A stretch of 40,342 nucleotides of DNA, taken from Myxococcota bacterium (GTDB taxonomy: Bacteria; Myxococcota_A; Polyangia; Nannocystales; Nannocystaceae). A program made the position numbers and the translations under genes. The first letter of the stretch is position 1, and each line of letters starts with the position of its first letter. The notes beneath the pieces were generated by a model that was not told the origin of the DNA, did no database searches, and saw only the letters and a list, made by a program, of their open reading frames with translations. Shown here piece after piece: positions 29,479 through 38,886 of this stretch. The DNA lies in NCBI GenBank assembly GCA_039028615.1, contig JBCCHT010000067.1, positions 1-40,342 of the forward strand, read 5' to 3'.

Positions 29479-32400
29479 GTGGACGACGATGCCACGCGGC
29501 ACGACGAGGTCGGCAACGCGCCGACGGTGAACGTCGAAGACGAACCCGCCGCCCCCCCGCCCGAAGGAGCACCGCTGGGTCTGCCTGCCGGAAGCAAGGA
29601 TCGGGTGTTCTCGGCGCTCTTCGAGGACGGTGAGCCCGCGGAGCAGACCATCGGTCGCTTCCAGATCCTCGGCCGCCTCGGCCGCGGGGGCATGGGCACG
29701 GTGCTCGAGGCCTACGACGACACGCTCGATCGCAAGGTCGCGATCAAGCACCTGCACGAGGGCTCGTCCGGCCAGCATCAGGGGCGAATGCTGCGGGAGG
29801 CCCAGGCGCTGGCCCGGCTCTCCCACCCCAACGTGGTGCAGGTCTTCGAGACGGGTGAGGCGGACGGGCGAGCCTTCATCGCGATGGAGCTGGTCGCGGG
29901 GCAAACCTTGGCCGAGTGGCAGCAGACCCCGCACGACTGGCGCGAGTGCCTGGCGGTCTATCTCCAGGCGGGACGGGGGCTGGCCGCCGCTCATGCCGAG
30001 GGCATCGTGCACCGCGACTTCAAGCCGGCCAACTGCATCATCGACGACGCCGGTCACGTCAAGGTGCTCGACTTCGGCCTCGCGCGTGGGACCGACGACG
30101 CCGAAGGGCTCGCTTCAGTCGAGAGTCCACCGTCGAGCGGCCGCACCGGACCCCCCAAGCTCACCGACGAAGTGCTCGGGGCGTTGGCCCAGCAGCTCAC
30201 CCAGACGGGAACCTTGCTCGGCACCCCCGCCTATATGGCGCCCGAGCAGCTGCGGCGCATGCCGGCCGACGCTCGCGCCGACCAATTCAGCTTCTGCGTT
30301 TCGCTATACGAGGCCCTGTTCGGCGTCCGCCCCTTCGACGGCATGGCCGGCATGGTGGAGCTGATGGTGGGCCAGCGACCCGCCTTCGCCCCCGAGCCCA
30401 CCCACGCCAAGCTCCCCCCCGTGCCGAAGTGGCTGCGGCGAGTCCTGCTGCGAGGCATGGACGCCGACAAGCACGCCCGCTTCGAGGCCATGGACGCGCT
30501 GCTCGCCGAGGTTCATGCGCAGCGGCAGCGACGGCGGCAGACGGCGCTGGCGGGCACCGCCGTGCTGGTGCTCGCAGGCGCGGGCGGCATCGCCAGCCAG
30601 TTCACACAGGTCGCCGAGCGCTGTGAAGGCGCGGCGGCACAGCTCGAGGGCATCTGGGACGACACACGACGCGGCGAGGTCCAAGCGGCGATCGTGGACA
30701 ACGGCGGCGCGTACGGGGCCGACACCTGGGAACGCATCGAGCCTCGCCTCGACGACTACGCCCACGCGTGGGTCGACAAGCACACCGAGGTCTGCGAGGC
30801 CACGCGGGTCAGCCAGCAGCAGACCGAAGACGTGATGAGCCTGCGCATGGGGTGCCTGAGCAGCGCTCGCATCGGCATGCAGGCCGCCGTCGGCGTGCTC
30901 GCTCGCATCACCCCAGAGCAAGTCTCCGAGGCGATCGAGCTGGTCTCGAGCCTGGGCGACCTGACCCGCTGCGACGACGTGGAGGCGCTCGAGCGGCGGC
31001 GCTCGGAGCTGCCTCCGCCCGAGGACGCCGAGGTGGCCGAGCAAGTCGAGGAGCAACGCGGCCGGCTGGAAGACGCCGCCGCCCGGGGTGACATCGGCGA
31101 CCTCGACGGCGCCGAGGCCATCACCCGAGAAGTGATCGAGCGCGCCGAAGCGCTGAGCTATGGGCCGCTTCAGGCCGAAGCGCTGCTGCGCCGCGCCACG
31201 CTGAAAAAAGCTCGGGGCGAGTACGAGGGGGCGATCGACGACCTCGAGCAAACGTTGGCGCTCGCGCTTCAGCACGGCCATCGCGACGTGCAGTTCAATG
31301 CCTTGGCCCTGCTGACCGCGGTGGTCGGCGACAACCAGGGTGACCTGCCGCAGGGGCAGCGTTGGGGGGCCATGGCTCAGGCCATGGCCCGACACTCGAG
31401 CGCCGACAGCAGCCACGACCTCATGGTCTCCAGCGCGATGGCCCAGCTCGAGCTTCGCCACGGCCGGTTCGAAGAGTCGCTGGCGCACTTCGAGTACGTC
31501 GCCGAGCTCGAGGAGCGCCTGGGCGGCCCCGAAGATCCGTCACTCGGCGAGACCCGAGCCGACATCGGTACCGTCTTGATCCGCCTGGCTCGATTGGACG
31601 AGGCTCAGGTCCAGGTTCAGCGCGCACTGGAGATCGGCGAGACCACCTTCGGCTCCCATCACCCCAAGGTCGCGCGCCAGGTCGAGGCGGTCGCCAACGT
31701 GCTCGCACGCCAGGGCAAGCTCGAGCAGGCCCTGCCCTACTACCGCCGCACGCTGGCGATCAGCGAGGAGAACCTCGGCCCCGAGCATCCCCAGATCGGC
31801 GGGCACCTCAACAACATCGCCGCCATTTTGCTCGACCAGGGCGAGTCGGCCGAAGCGCTCGGCTATCTGGAGCGGGCGCTGGCCGTGAAGGAAAAGGCCC
31901 TGGGGGCCGAGCACATCGACCTGGCGAGTACGCTCAAGAACATCGCGCGGGCGCACGTCGAACTCCAGCAAGCCGACCGGGCCGAGGCTCCCCTGCTGCG
32001 AGCATTGGCCATCGAGAAGGCTTCGTTGGGCGACGACCACTTCAATGTGGCCCACACCTGGAACATCATCGGCATCGTTCGGGTGGAGCGAAACCAGCCC
32101 GACGAGGCGCTGGAGGCCCTTCGCCGCGCGGTGGCGATCATCGAGGGCTCGCAGACGCCCCGCCACCCGATGCTCGGCAATCCGCTCATCAACATCGGCA
32201 ACCTGCTCCGCGACCAAGGCGAGCTCGACGAGGCCGCGGCCAGCTACGAGCGCGCACTGGCCATCGACGAGGAGGCGCTGGGGCCCGAGCATCCCCATAT
32301 CGCGATGGTGCTCATCGGACTCGCCGAGACGGCGCTGCTGCGGGGTGATGTCGCGGCCGCCCGGACCTACTCCGAGCGCAATGTCTCGCTGTGCGAAGCG

Positions 32401-32592
32401 GCGCAGGTGCCTCCCGCCGATCTGGCGCAAGCAAACTTCCTGCTCGCACGAGCGCTATGGCCCTACGCGACGCAGCGGCCCCGCGCCCGCGAGCTGGCCA
32501 CCAAGGCCCGCGACATCTATGCCGAGCACGGACAGACCGAGCCGAAGATGCACCGCGAGGTCGAAGACTGGCTCGCGAAACACCCCGGGTAG
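29479..32592 (+). CDS. Ser/Thr kinase with TM, Cys-containing domain and ~42-aa TPR repeats
   Basis: LGRGGMG, VAIK, HRDFKPAN, DFG, GTPAYMAPE; TM LAGTAVLVLAGAGGIA; repeats with LGPEHP/FGSHHP. Start uncertain (ORF open from 29413). Confidence 0.93.
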   Translation: MDDDATRHDEVGNAPTVNVEDEPAAPPPEGAPLGLPAGSKDRVFSALFEDGEPAEQTIGRFQILGRLGRGGMGTVLEAYDDTLDRKVAIKHLHEGSSGQHQGRMLREAQALARLSHPNVVQVFETGEADGRAFIAMELVAGQTLAEWQQTPHDWRECLAVYLQAGRGLAAAHAEGIVHRDFKPANCIIDDAGHVKVLDFGLARGTDDAEGLASVESPPSSGRTGPPKLTDEVLGALAQQLTQTGTLLGTPAYMAPEQLRRMPADARADQFSFCVSLYEALFGVRPFDGMAGMVELMVGQRPAFAPEPTHAKLPPVPKWLRRVLLRGMDADKHARFEAMDALLAEVHAQRQRRRQTALAGTAVLVLAGAGGIASQFTQVAERCEGAAAQLEGIWDDTRRGEVQAAIVDNGGAYGADTWERIEPRLDDYAHAWVDKHTEVCEATRVSQQQTEDVMSLRMGCLSSARIGMQAAVGVLARITPEQVSEAIELVSSLGDLTRCDDVEALERRRSELPPPEDAEVAEQVEEQRGRLEDAAARGDIGDLDGAEAITREVIERAEALSYGPLQAEALLRRATLKKARGEYEGAIDDLEQTLALALQHGHRDVQFNALALLTAVVGDNQGDLPQGQRWGAMAQAMARHSSADSSHDLMVSSAMAQLELRHGRFEESLAHFEYVAELEERLGGPEDPSLGETRADIGTVLIRLARLDEAQVQVQRALEIGETTFGSHHPKVARQVEAVANVLARQGKLEQALPYYRRTLAISEENLGPEHPQIGGHLNNIAAILLDQGESAEALGYLERALAVKEKALGAEHIDLASTLKNIARAHVELQQADRAEAPLLRALAIEKASLGDDHFNVAHTWNIIGIVRVERNQPDEALEALRRAVAIIEGSQTPRHPMLGNPLINIGNLLRDQGELDEAAASYERALAIDEEALGPEHPHIAMVLIGLAETALLRGDVAAARTYSERNVSLCEAAQVPPADLAQANFLLARALWPYATQRPRARELATKARDIYAEHGQTEPKMHREVEDWLAKHPG

Positions 32593-32611
32593 TCGCGAGC
32601 CCTCCGCGCCG

Positions 32612-33550
32612 CTACTCGCGACTGGCGGGGCGAGCCATGAGGGCGTCGGTGAGCTGCTCGGGCGTCATCTTGCCCTGCATCAGCCGCACCAGGCCCATCG
32701 ACAGCGGCACCGTCACGCCCGTCCGCACGCCGAAGGCCGCGACCTGGCTGGCCAGCGCGGCCCCCTCGACATAGGCACCCGCTTCCTTGGCCGCCTCGGG
32801 CAGGGACAGGCCGCGGCACAGCGCGCGGCCAAACGCGATCTCGGGCCGACCATCGCCCGCGACGGCCGCGATGAGGTCGCCCGCGCCCGCCAGCCCGGCG
32901 AAGGTCCGGGCCTCGCCGCCTCGGACCTCGCCCACGCGGGTGGCCTCGGCCAGACCGCGGGTGGCCAGCACGGCCAGCGTGCCGGGGCCCTTGTCGAGTT
33001 CGTAGGCGTAGCCCATCGCCAGCGCCACCAAGCCGACCAAGGCGGAGGCAATCTCGACCCCCACCACGTCGTGTGTGCTGTACACCCGCAGGCTCGGGCC
33101 GCCGATCGCCTCGCTCACCGCATCGACGACCTCGGGGAATTGCGAGCCGATGATCGCCCCGCCCGGCTCCCCGTCGTACAGGCTCTTGGCCACCAGCGGC
33201 CCCGCCAGCGCGCCCACGCGGCGACACGGCGTGCGCAGAGCCAGGACCTCGCTCACCGTGGTCAGCTCGTCGCCCACCAGGCCACGGCTGACGTGCACCA
33301 GAAGGTGCGAGCCATCGAGATGATGTCCGAGTTCATCGGCCACCTGCCCCACGTAGGGTGAAGGCACGGCGAAGAACACCAGCTCGGCCGCGGCCAGGTC
33401 GCGCAGCTCGGTGGTGCACGAGATCGACTCGTGCGACAGGTCCCGGGCCTGGCGGCTCCACAGGATCACCCGCTGGCCCACCCGCGCGGCGGCATGGGCC
33501 AGGCTTCGACCGAAGCTTCCGCCTCCGACGACGGCGATGGGCAGGCTCAT
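32612..33550 (-). CDS. gpsA: NAD(P)H-dependent glycerol-3-phosphate dehydrogenase-like protein (divergent active site)
   Basis: VVGGGSFG, FAVPS, DVVGVE, GLAGAGDL and VEG motifs; catalytic KN and SRN motifs are altered (see findings). Confidence 0.75.
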   Translation of the reverse strand: MSLPIAVVGGGSFGRSLAHAAARVGQRVILWSRQARDLSHESISCTTELRDLAAAELVFFAVPSPYVGQVADELGHHLDGSHLLVHVSRGLVGDELTTVSEVLALRTPCRRVGALAGPLVAKSLYDGEPGGAIIGSQFPEVVDAVSEAIGGPSLRVYSTHDVVGVEIASALVGLVALAMGYAYELDKGPGTLAVLATRGLAEATRVGEVRGGEARTFAGLAGAGDLIAAVAGDGRPEIAFGRALCRGLSLPEAAKEAGAYVEGAALASQVAAFGVRTGVTVPLSMGLVRLMQGKMTPEQLTDALMARPASRE

Positions 33551-35250
33551 CGGCGGTGCTCCATTCCCGCGATCTCTCGTGCCGCGATTTGGTCGGCCTC
33601 GTCGTCACCGACGATGTCGGGCGCGAAGGTCCGTAGGCGATTTTGGTAGAAGAGCAGCAAGTTCGGGTCCTCGGCCATGAGCGAGCCGCTCTGGATCCGG
33701 GCGATGGTCCGCGTGGCGTGGTAGCCGTCCCAGGTCGCGAGCACGGCGGAGAGGATCTTGCCGGGCGGCTGCGTGCGCACGAAGTTGCTCACGTGCACGC
33801 GCCCCGCGGCTTCGAGGGCCACCAAGCGGTCGCGGGTCTTGCCCAGGTCGGCCTCGAACTCGTCGGTGGGGATGGCCACCGAGCCGCGCTGACGCAACCG
33901 CGCGAACAGATCCATGCCCGGCGTCGCCCGAACCAGGCGTCGGAAGATGACGTGCGCGACCAGCTGCGTCGGCATGATGACCGTCTCGCGCTGATAGGCA
34001 TCCGCCAGGACCTTGCCCAGCGCGCGGGTGTAGGCCGAGTCGCGACGCGAGTCGACCGAGGCCGTACCGCGCCGCGAGACATAGGTACCCGCGTCGATCT
34101 TGCGGCCATCGGGCGCCAGCGAGTCGCCGTTTTCGTCGACGACGTTACCGAAGGGATCGAGCGGCTCGCCGAAGCGGATCACACACATGCTCTCGAGGCC
34201 GCGGAACTTGTTGAAGAACGAGATCCAGCGCTCGATTCGCGAGAACTCGTCGTCCTCGATGATGTAGCGGGCGCGCCCTTCCTCCTTGAGGTAGTCCTCG
34301 ATGAGCGTCTCGGCCTCGAGCACCAGCGCGTAGTTGATGGTGGCGGGCACGAAGTACACGGGGCGGTCGACCCCGCGGGCCCGGTTGCGGGCGAAGGCCT
34401 CGACCCCGGTGCCGGCCAGGCCGAGCTTGAGGCGGCTCTCGATGGCGCCCGAGCGACTACGAGTGCCGCCGGGGAAGAACAGCGAGTGGTAGCCCCGCTC
34501 GATGACGACGCTCGAGTAGGCCTTGAGGATGTCCTTGTACAGCTTGGCCCGGATGCGGCGATCGACGCGATACGCCCCCAGGTTGTGCATGAAAAACGAG
34601 ATGATCGGGTTGGTGAACAGGTTCTTGCCCGCCCCGTACACCACGGGCGACAGCCCCTCGCGATACAGCACCCACGCGATGGCGATGGAGTCCAGGTTGG
34701 ACGAGTGCGTCGGCACCAAGACCATCGTGCCGCGCTTGGAGATGGCGCGAATCTTGTCGATCGGCCCCTCGGTGCCCACGAGTCGATCGAGCCGCCCGCC
34801 CCCCTTGAGCATCAGGTTGATCATCCGCGAGGGGTTCATGGCCGCGGTGAGCATCCCGGGGATGAAGCGGCTGGAGAACTCGTACACCCGCGGATCGAAG
34901 TTGCCCGCCACGTCGCGAGCCATGTCCGCCGCGATCTCCCGCAGGGTCTCGTGCTTGCCCTCGAGCGACATCCGACCCACCCGCCGCAGCACCCCGCGCC
35001 AGTGCTCGAGCTTGTGGCGTGCGCCCTCGGTCTTGGCCGCTTCGAGCCGTCGAATCTCGTGATACGCGACGTCGTTGAGGGCCAGCTCCACCGAATCTTC
35101 GGCTTGGTGGCGCTCCATCATGCGACGGACGACCTCTTCGACGACGTCGGCACGCTCGCTGTTGAACCAGAAGATCTTGGGATCGTCTGGGCGGGGGACG
35201 TAGGTCCGTAGACGCGGCAACCGCAGCGGACGATTGGGGAAGATTTTCAT
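33547..35250 (-). CDS. PlsB/GNPAT-like glycerolipid acyltransferase
   Basis: PTHSSNLD (HxxxxD), GAGKNLF, LGAYRVDRR, FFPGGTRSRSG and VPATINY blocks; ATGA overlap with the gpsA-like gene; likely start ATG 35250. Confidence 0.88.
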   Translation of the reverse strand: MKIFPNRPLRLPRLRTYVPRPDDPKIFWFNSERADVVEEVVRRMMERHQAEDSVELALNDVAYHEIRRLEAAKTEGARHKLEHWRGVLRRVGRMSLEGKHETLREIAADMARDVAGNFDPRVYEFSSRFIPGMLTAAMNPSRMINLMLKGGGRLDRLVGTEGPIDKIRAISKRGTMVLVPTHSSNLDSIAIAWVLYREGLSPVVYGAGKNLFTNPIISFFMHNLGAYRVDRRIRAKLYKDILKAYSSVVIERGYHSLFFPGGTRSRSGAIESRLKLGLAGTGVEAFARNRARGVDRPVYFVPATINYALVLEAETLIEDYLKEEGRARYIIEDDEFSRIERWISFFNKFRGLESMCVIRFGEPLDPFGNVVDENGDSLAPDGRKIDAGTYVSRRGTASVDSRRDSAYTRALGKVLADAYQRETVIMPTQLVAHVIFRRLVRATPGMDLFARLRQRGSVAIPTDEFEADLGKTRDRLVALEAAGRVHVSNFVRTQPPGKILSAVLATWDGYHATRTIARIQSGSLMAEDPNLLLFYQNRLRTFAPDIVGDDEADQIAAREIAGMEHRR

Positions 35251-35365
35251 CGTGAGCGGGGGGCAGGATACCCGAATCCAGCGTCGCATGGCCGATCCCC
35301 GCGACGACGCGTCCCCCCGTGGGGCCGCGCCGACGGCGTACGACCCGAGGTGTTACGCTCCGCGC

Positions 35366-36331
35366 GTGATCGTCATCGTCGGATGTGGCGTGGCCGGACT
35401 GAGCTGCGGCATCTTGCTGGCCGAAGCCGGTCACGAGGTCGAGATCTGGGCCGAGCACCTGCCGCCCCACACGACCTCGAACGTCGCCGCCGCGTTCTGG
35501 TACCCGTATCAGGCCGCCCCGGTCGACCGCGTGCTGGGCTGGGCTCGGGCGTCACGACGAACCTTCGGTAGGATCGCCGAAGCGGGCCGCCCCGGCGTCC
35601 GCATGCATCGCTTGCTCGACCTGTACCGGGAGCCGATCGAGAGTCCGTGGTGGGCCGACGGCGTGCCCGACCATGCGCGACTACGCCCCGACGAGCGCCC
35701 GCCCGGGTTCCACGACGGCTTCGGCTTCGAGGCCCCCGTCATCGACACGCGACACTACCTGCCCTACCTCATCGATCGCCTGCAGCGAGCGGGCGGCCGA
35801 ATCTTCGAGCGTCGCGTCGCCAGCCTCGACGACGCCCTCGAGGCCTCGCCGCTGGTCTTCCATTGCACCGGACTGGGCGCGAAGACGCTCGCCGCCGACG
35901 ACCTCGTCTACCCGATCCGAGGTCAGCTCGTGCACGTGGACAACCCGGGCGTGGAGCAGATCCTGCTGGACGAGTACGGCGACGATGGCCTCGCCTACGT
36001 CGTGCCGCGCGGCGATCACTGTGTGCTGGGCGGCACGGCCGAGCCGCATGTCGACGACCGACGTCCCCGAGCCGAGGACACCGAGGGCATCATCGCCCGC
36101 TGTGCCCGGCTCGATCCGCGGCTGGCCAACGCCCGAGTCCGCGACGTGGTGGTCGGCCTGCGCCCGGCTCGACCCAGCATTCGCGTCGAGACCGAAGCCC
36201 GCGGCCAGGGGCTCATCGTGCACAACTACGGCCACGGTGGGGCGGGCGTGACCCTGTCGTGGGGATGCGCCGAAGAAGCGGTGCGCCTCGGCCTCGGGCA
36301 CCTGCACCCGGGGCAGCAACGCCCGGCCTGA
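35366..36331 (+). CDS. dao: D-amino acid oxidase family flavoprotein
   Basis: IVGCGVAG, TTSNVAAAFW, PIRGQ, GLRPAR and the signature HNYGHGGAGVTLSWG; start GTG 35366 (alternative ATG 35288). Confidence 0.88.
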   Translation: MIVIVGCGVAGLSCGILLAEAGHEVEIWAEHLPPHTTSNVAAAFWYPYQAAPVDRVLGWARASRRTFGRIAEAGRPGVRMHRLLDLYREPIESPWWADGVPDHARLRPDERPPGFHDGFGFEAPVIDTRHYLPYLIDRLQRAGGRIFERRVASLDDALEASPLVFHCTGLGAKTLAADDLVYPIRGQLVHVDNPGVEQILLDEYGDDGLAYVVPRGDHCVLGGTAEPHVDDRRPRAEDTEGIIARCARLDPRLANARVRDVVVGLRPARPSIRVETEARGQGLIVHNYGHGGAGVTLSWGCAEEAVRLGLGHLHPGQQRPA

Positions 36332-36335
36332 CCCC

Positions 36336-37895
36336 ATGCGCGTCGCGGTCGCGGGAGGGACCGGCTTCATCGGTCGGCACGTGGTGCAGGCGCTGCGCGA
36401 CGCCGACCACGAGGTCCGCGTGCTCTCGCGTCGTGCCCCGGCCTCCGACGACGAAGCGGGGCTCGAGCACGTCAGCGCCGATCTGGGTGCTGGGCCTCTG
36501 CCCCCTGAGGCGCTCGCCGGCTGCGATGCGGTGGTGAACCTGGTGGGCATCAAGGCCCCGCGGGGCAGCAACGACTTCGACAATGCCCACATCTCCGCCG
36601 TCCAAAACCTGATCGAAGACATGCGGCATGCGGGTCTGCGGCGCCTCGTCCACATCAGCGTGGCTCAAGATCCCGAGGCGACGGGCCCCTACGCGCAGAC
36701 CAAGCGAACGGGAGAGCAGCGGGTCACCCAAAGCGGGCTGGACTTCACGATCCTCCGCCCCGGGCTGGTGTACGGCGTCGGCGACGACGCGCTGAAGAAC
36801 CTCGTTCGCATGGTCTGGGCCGCGCCCGTCGTGCCCGCGCCCGCGGGCGCCCACGGACCCCTGCCCGCCGTCGACGTGCGCGACGTGGCCCTCGCGGTCG
36901 TGGCCGCACTGTCGCGAGCCGAGACGGTGGGAGAGACCATCGACGTCGTGGGGCCCGAGGTGCTCGACCTTCGCGGCCTGGTCGCTCGGGTCGCCGGAGC
37001 ACTCGAGCTTCCCACCTTCATTCCCGCCGTGCCCGCCGTGCTCGCGCGGACAGGGGCGGCGGTGATGGAGCGGGTCATGCCCGATCCACTACTGTCGCGC
37101 AGTCAGCTCTCGATGCTCTCGCGCGGCCTGCCCGGCGACCCCGCGATGGCCGAAGCCACGCTCGGGCTCACCCCGCGGCGGCTCGACGCCGACCGGATCC
37201 GCGAGGTCGCCCAGACGGTCTCCCCGTTGCTGCCGAGCGTGCGCCTGGTGACTTCGCGAGCGCACCGCAGCTGGCTGGAAGACACCGCGCAGACCATGCG
37301 GGCGTGGCCGCTGGTGCTCGCCCTGGCCCTGCCGCTGATGCTCGCCCTGCCCTCGGTGCTGCCCACCGTCTGGACCCGCATGGCGCTGATCAACGGCAGC
37401 CTGATGGTGGTTTTGGCCCTCGCGTTACGGGGACGCTGGACGGCCCTGCTGCGACCGAGAGCGACCACGGTGGGCGCCGGCCTGGGCATCGCGGCCGTGC
37501 TCTACCTCGGGGCCGCCCTGTTCATGACCGGGCTGCGCTTGACTGCCCCCGCCTTCGCGCTCCAGGTCGAGACCGTCTACCAGTGGAGCGAGCTGGCGCC
37601 CTTGGCCCAGCGCCTCGCCCTACTGCCGCTCATCGTGACGGGCGAGGACCTCGTGTGGCGCGGCGCCATCACCCTGCCCCTGGCCGCCCGCTTCGGACCC
37701 CTGCTCGGATGCCTGGCCGCCGGCCTGCTCTTCGCTCTCGCCCACCTCACCACCGGGCCTCCCCTGCTGCTCGTGGCCGCCGTCGCCATGGGCACGCTGT
37801 GGAGCGCCCTGGCCATTCGCAGCCGCAGCCTCGTGCCCGTGGTCGTAAGCCACCTCACGTGGGATGTGCTGGTCATGTTCGTCCGGCCGCTCTGA
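36336..37895 (+). CDS. Fusion of an NAD(P)-binding atypical SDR (NDUFA9-like) and a CPBP/Abi (CAAX-type) intramembrane protease
   Basis: N-half GGTGFIG, VNLVGI, YAQTK, LRPGLVYG; C-half multi-TM with GEDLVWRG, FALAH, SHLTWD. Confidence 0.85.
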   Translation: MRVAVAGGTGFIGRHVVQALRDADHEVRVLSRRAPASDDEAGLEHVSADLGAGPLPPEALAGCDAVVNLVGIKAPRGSNDFDNAHISAVQNLIEDMRHAGLRRLVHISVAQDPEATGPYAQTKRTGEQRVTQSGLDFTILRPGLVYGVGDDALKNLVRMVWAAPVVPAPAGAHGPLPAVDVRDVALAVVAALSRAETVGETIDVVGPEVLDLRGLVARVAGALELPTFIPAVPAVLARTGAAVMERVMPDPLLSRSQLSMLSRGLPGDPAMAEATLGLTPRRLDADRIREVAQTVSPLLPSVRLVTSRAHRSWLEDTAQTMRAWPLVLALALPLMLALPSVLPTVWTRMALINGSLMVVLALALRGRWTALLRPRATTVGAGLGIAAVLYLGAALFMTGLRLTAPAFALQVETVYQWSELAPLAQRLALLPLIVTGEDLVWRGAITLPLAARFGPLLGCLAAGLLFALAHLTTGPPLLLVAAVAMGTLWSALAIRSRSLVPVVVSHLTWDVLVMFVRPL

Positions 37896-37972
37896 TCCGG
37901 GCCACCGGAAATGCACCGAAGGTGGCCGAGGTAAGGGGCCATCGTGCACCTCCCCATGCGACAGTCGAGTCG

Positions 37973-38872
37973 ATGAGCGCGATGCTCCAAGCTCGAGCCC
38001 TGGTCAAATCCTTCGGGAACCACACCGCGGTCGATGGCGTCTCGTTCTCGATCGATCGCGCCGAGTCCTTCGGCCTGCTCGGACCCAACGGCGCGGGCAA
38101 GTCGACCACCATCCACATGCTGGTCGGCGCGCTGGTGCCCGATGGTGGTGAGGTGGTCATCGGCGACGGCCTGAGCCCGAGCGACCCCGCCACCCGGCAG
38201 CAAATCGGCATCGCGCCCCAGGACCTGGCGATCTACGAGGAGCTCAGCGCGGCGGAGAACCTGGAGTTCTTCGGCCGGGTCTACGGCCTGCGCGGCAAGG
38301 CGCTGACCAAGCGCGTGGACTGGGGCCTGGAGTTCGCGGGCCTGGTCGACCGCCGCAAGGATCGGGCGGAGACCTTCTCCGGCGGCATGAAGCGGCGGCT
38401 CAACCTCGCCTGCGCGGTCGTACACGAGCCCAAGCTGCTGCTATGCGACGAGCCCACCGTCGGTGTCGATCCGCAGTCGCGCAACCACATCTTCGACAGC
38501 ATCGAGCGGCTCCAGGCCGAGGGATGCACGCTGCTTTACACCACGCACTACATGGAGGAGGCGCAGCGGCTATGCGATCGGGTGGCGATCGTCGACCACG
38601 GCAAGGTGCTCGCGCTCGGCCGAGTCGACGAGCTGGTCGACGAGCACGGCGGGGCCTCGGTGGTCGAGGTCGAGCTGTCGCAGCTCCCCGACGACGTCGA
38701 TGCCCTGCCCGGTGAGCGCGACGGCACCTCCCTGCGCATCGAGACCGACGAGCCCTTTGCCACCGTCGAGGCCCTCGGGCGCCAGGGCCTGGCCATCCAG
38801 CAGCTGAAGATCGAACGACCGGACCTCGAGCGAGTGTTCCTGGCCCTCACCGGACGCACCCTGCGGGACTGA
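37973..38872 (+). CDS. ABC exporter ATP-binding subunit (ABC-2/DrrA-like)
   Basis: GPNGAGKST, FSGGM, LLCDEP, TTHYMEEA. The real start is ATG 37973; the upstream ORF-track extension overlaps the previous gene. Confidence 0.95.
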   Translation: MSAMLQARALVKSFGNHTAVDGVSFSIDRAESFGLLGPNGAGKSTTIHMLVGALVPDGGEVVIGDGLSPSDPATRQQIGIAPQDLAIYEELSAAENLEFFGRVYGLRGKALTKRVDWGLEFAGLVDRRKDRAETFSGGMKRRLNLACAVVHEPKLLLCDEPTVGVDPQSRNHIFDSIERLQAEGCTLLYTTHYMEEAQRLCDRVAIVDHGKVLALGRVDELVDEHGGASVVEVELSQLPDDVDALPGERDGTSLRIETDEPFATVEALGRQGLAIQQLKIERPDLERVFLALTGRTLRD

Positions 38873-38886
38873 ACGGAGCGACCCCC

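Noticed and set aside
31450..32350. ~126-bp periodicity
   Set aside because: Explained by 42-aa TPR coding repeats; not a CRISPR array or other DNA repeat. Kinase-TPR proteins are a common myxobacterial family.
37304..37972. Apparent long N-terminal extension on the ABC ATPase
   Set aside because: Off-frame read-through of the preceding SDR-CPBP gene; the ATPase fold starts at 37973.
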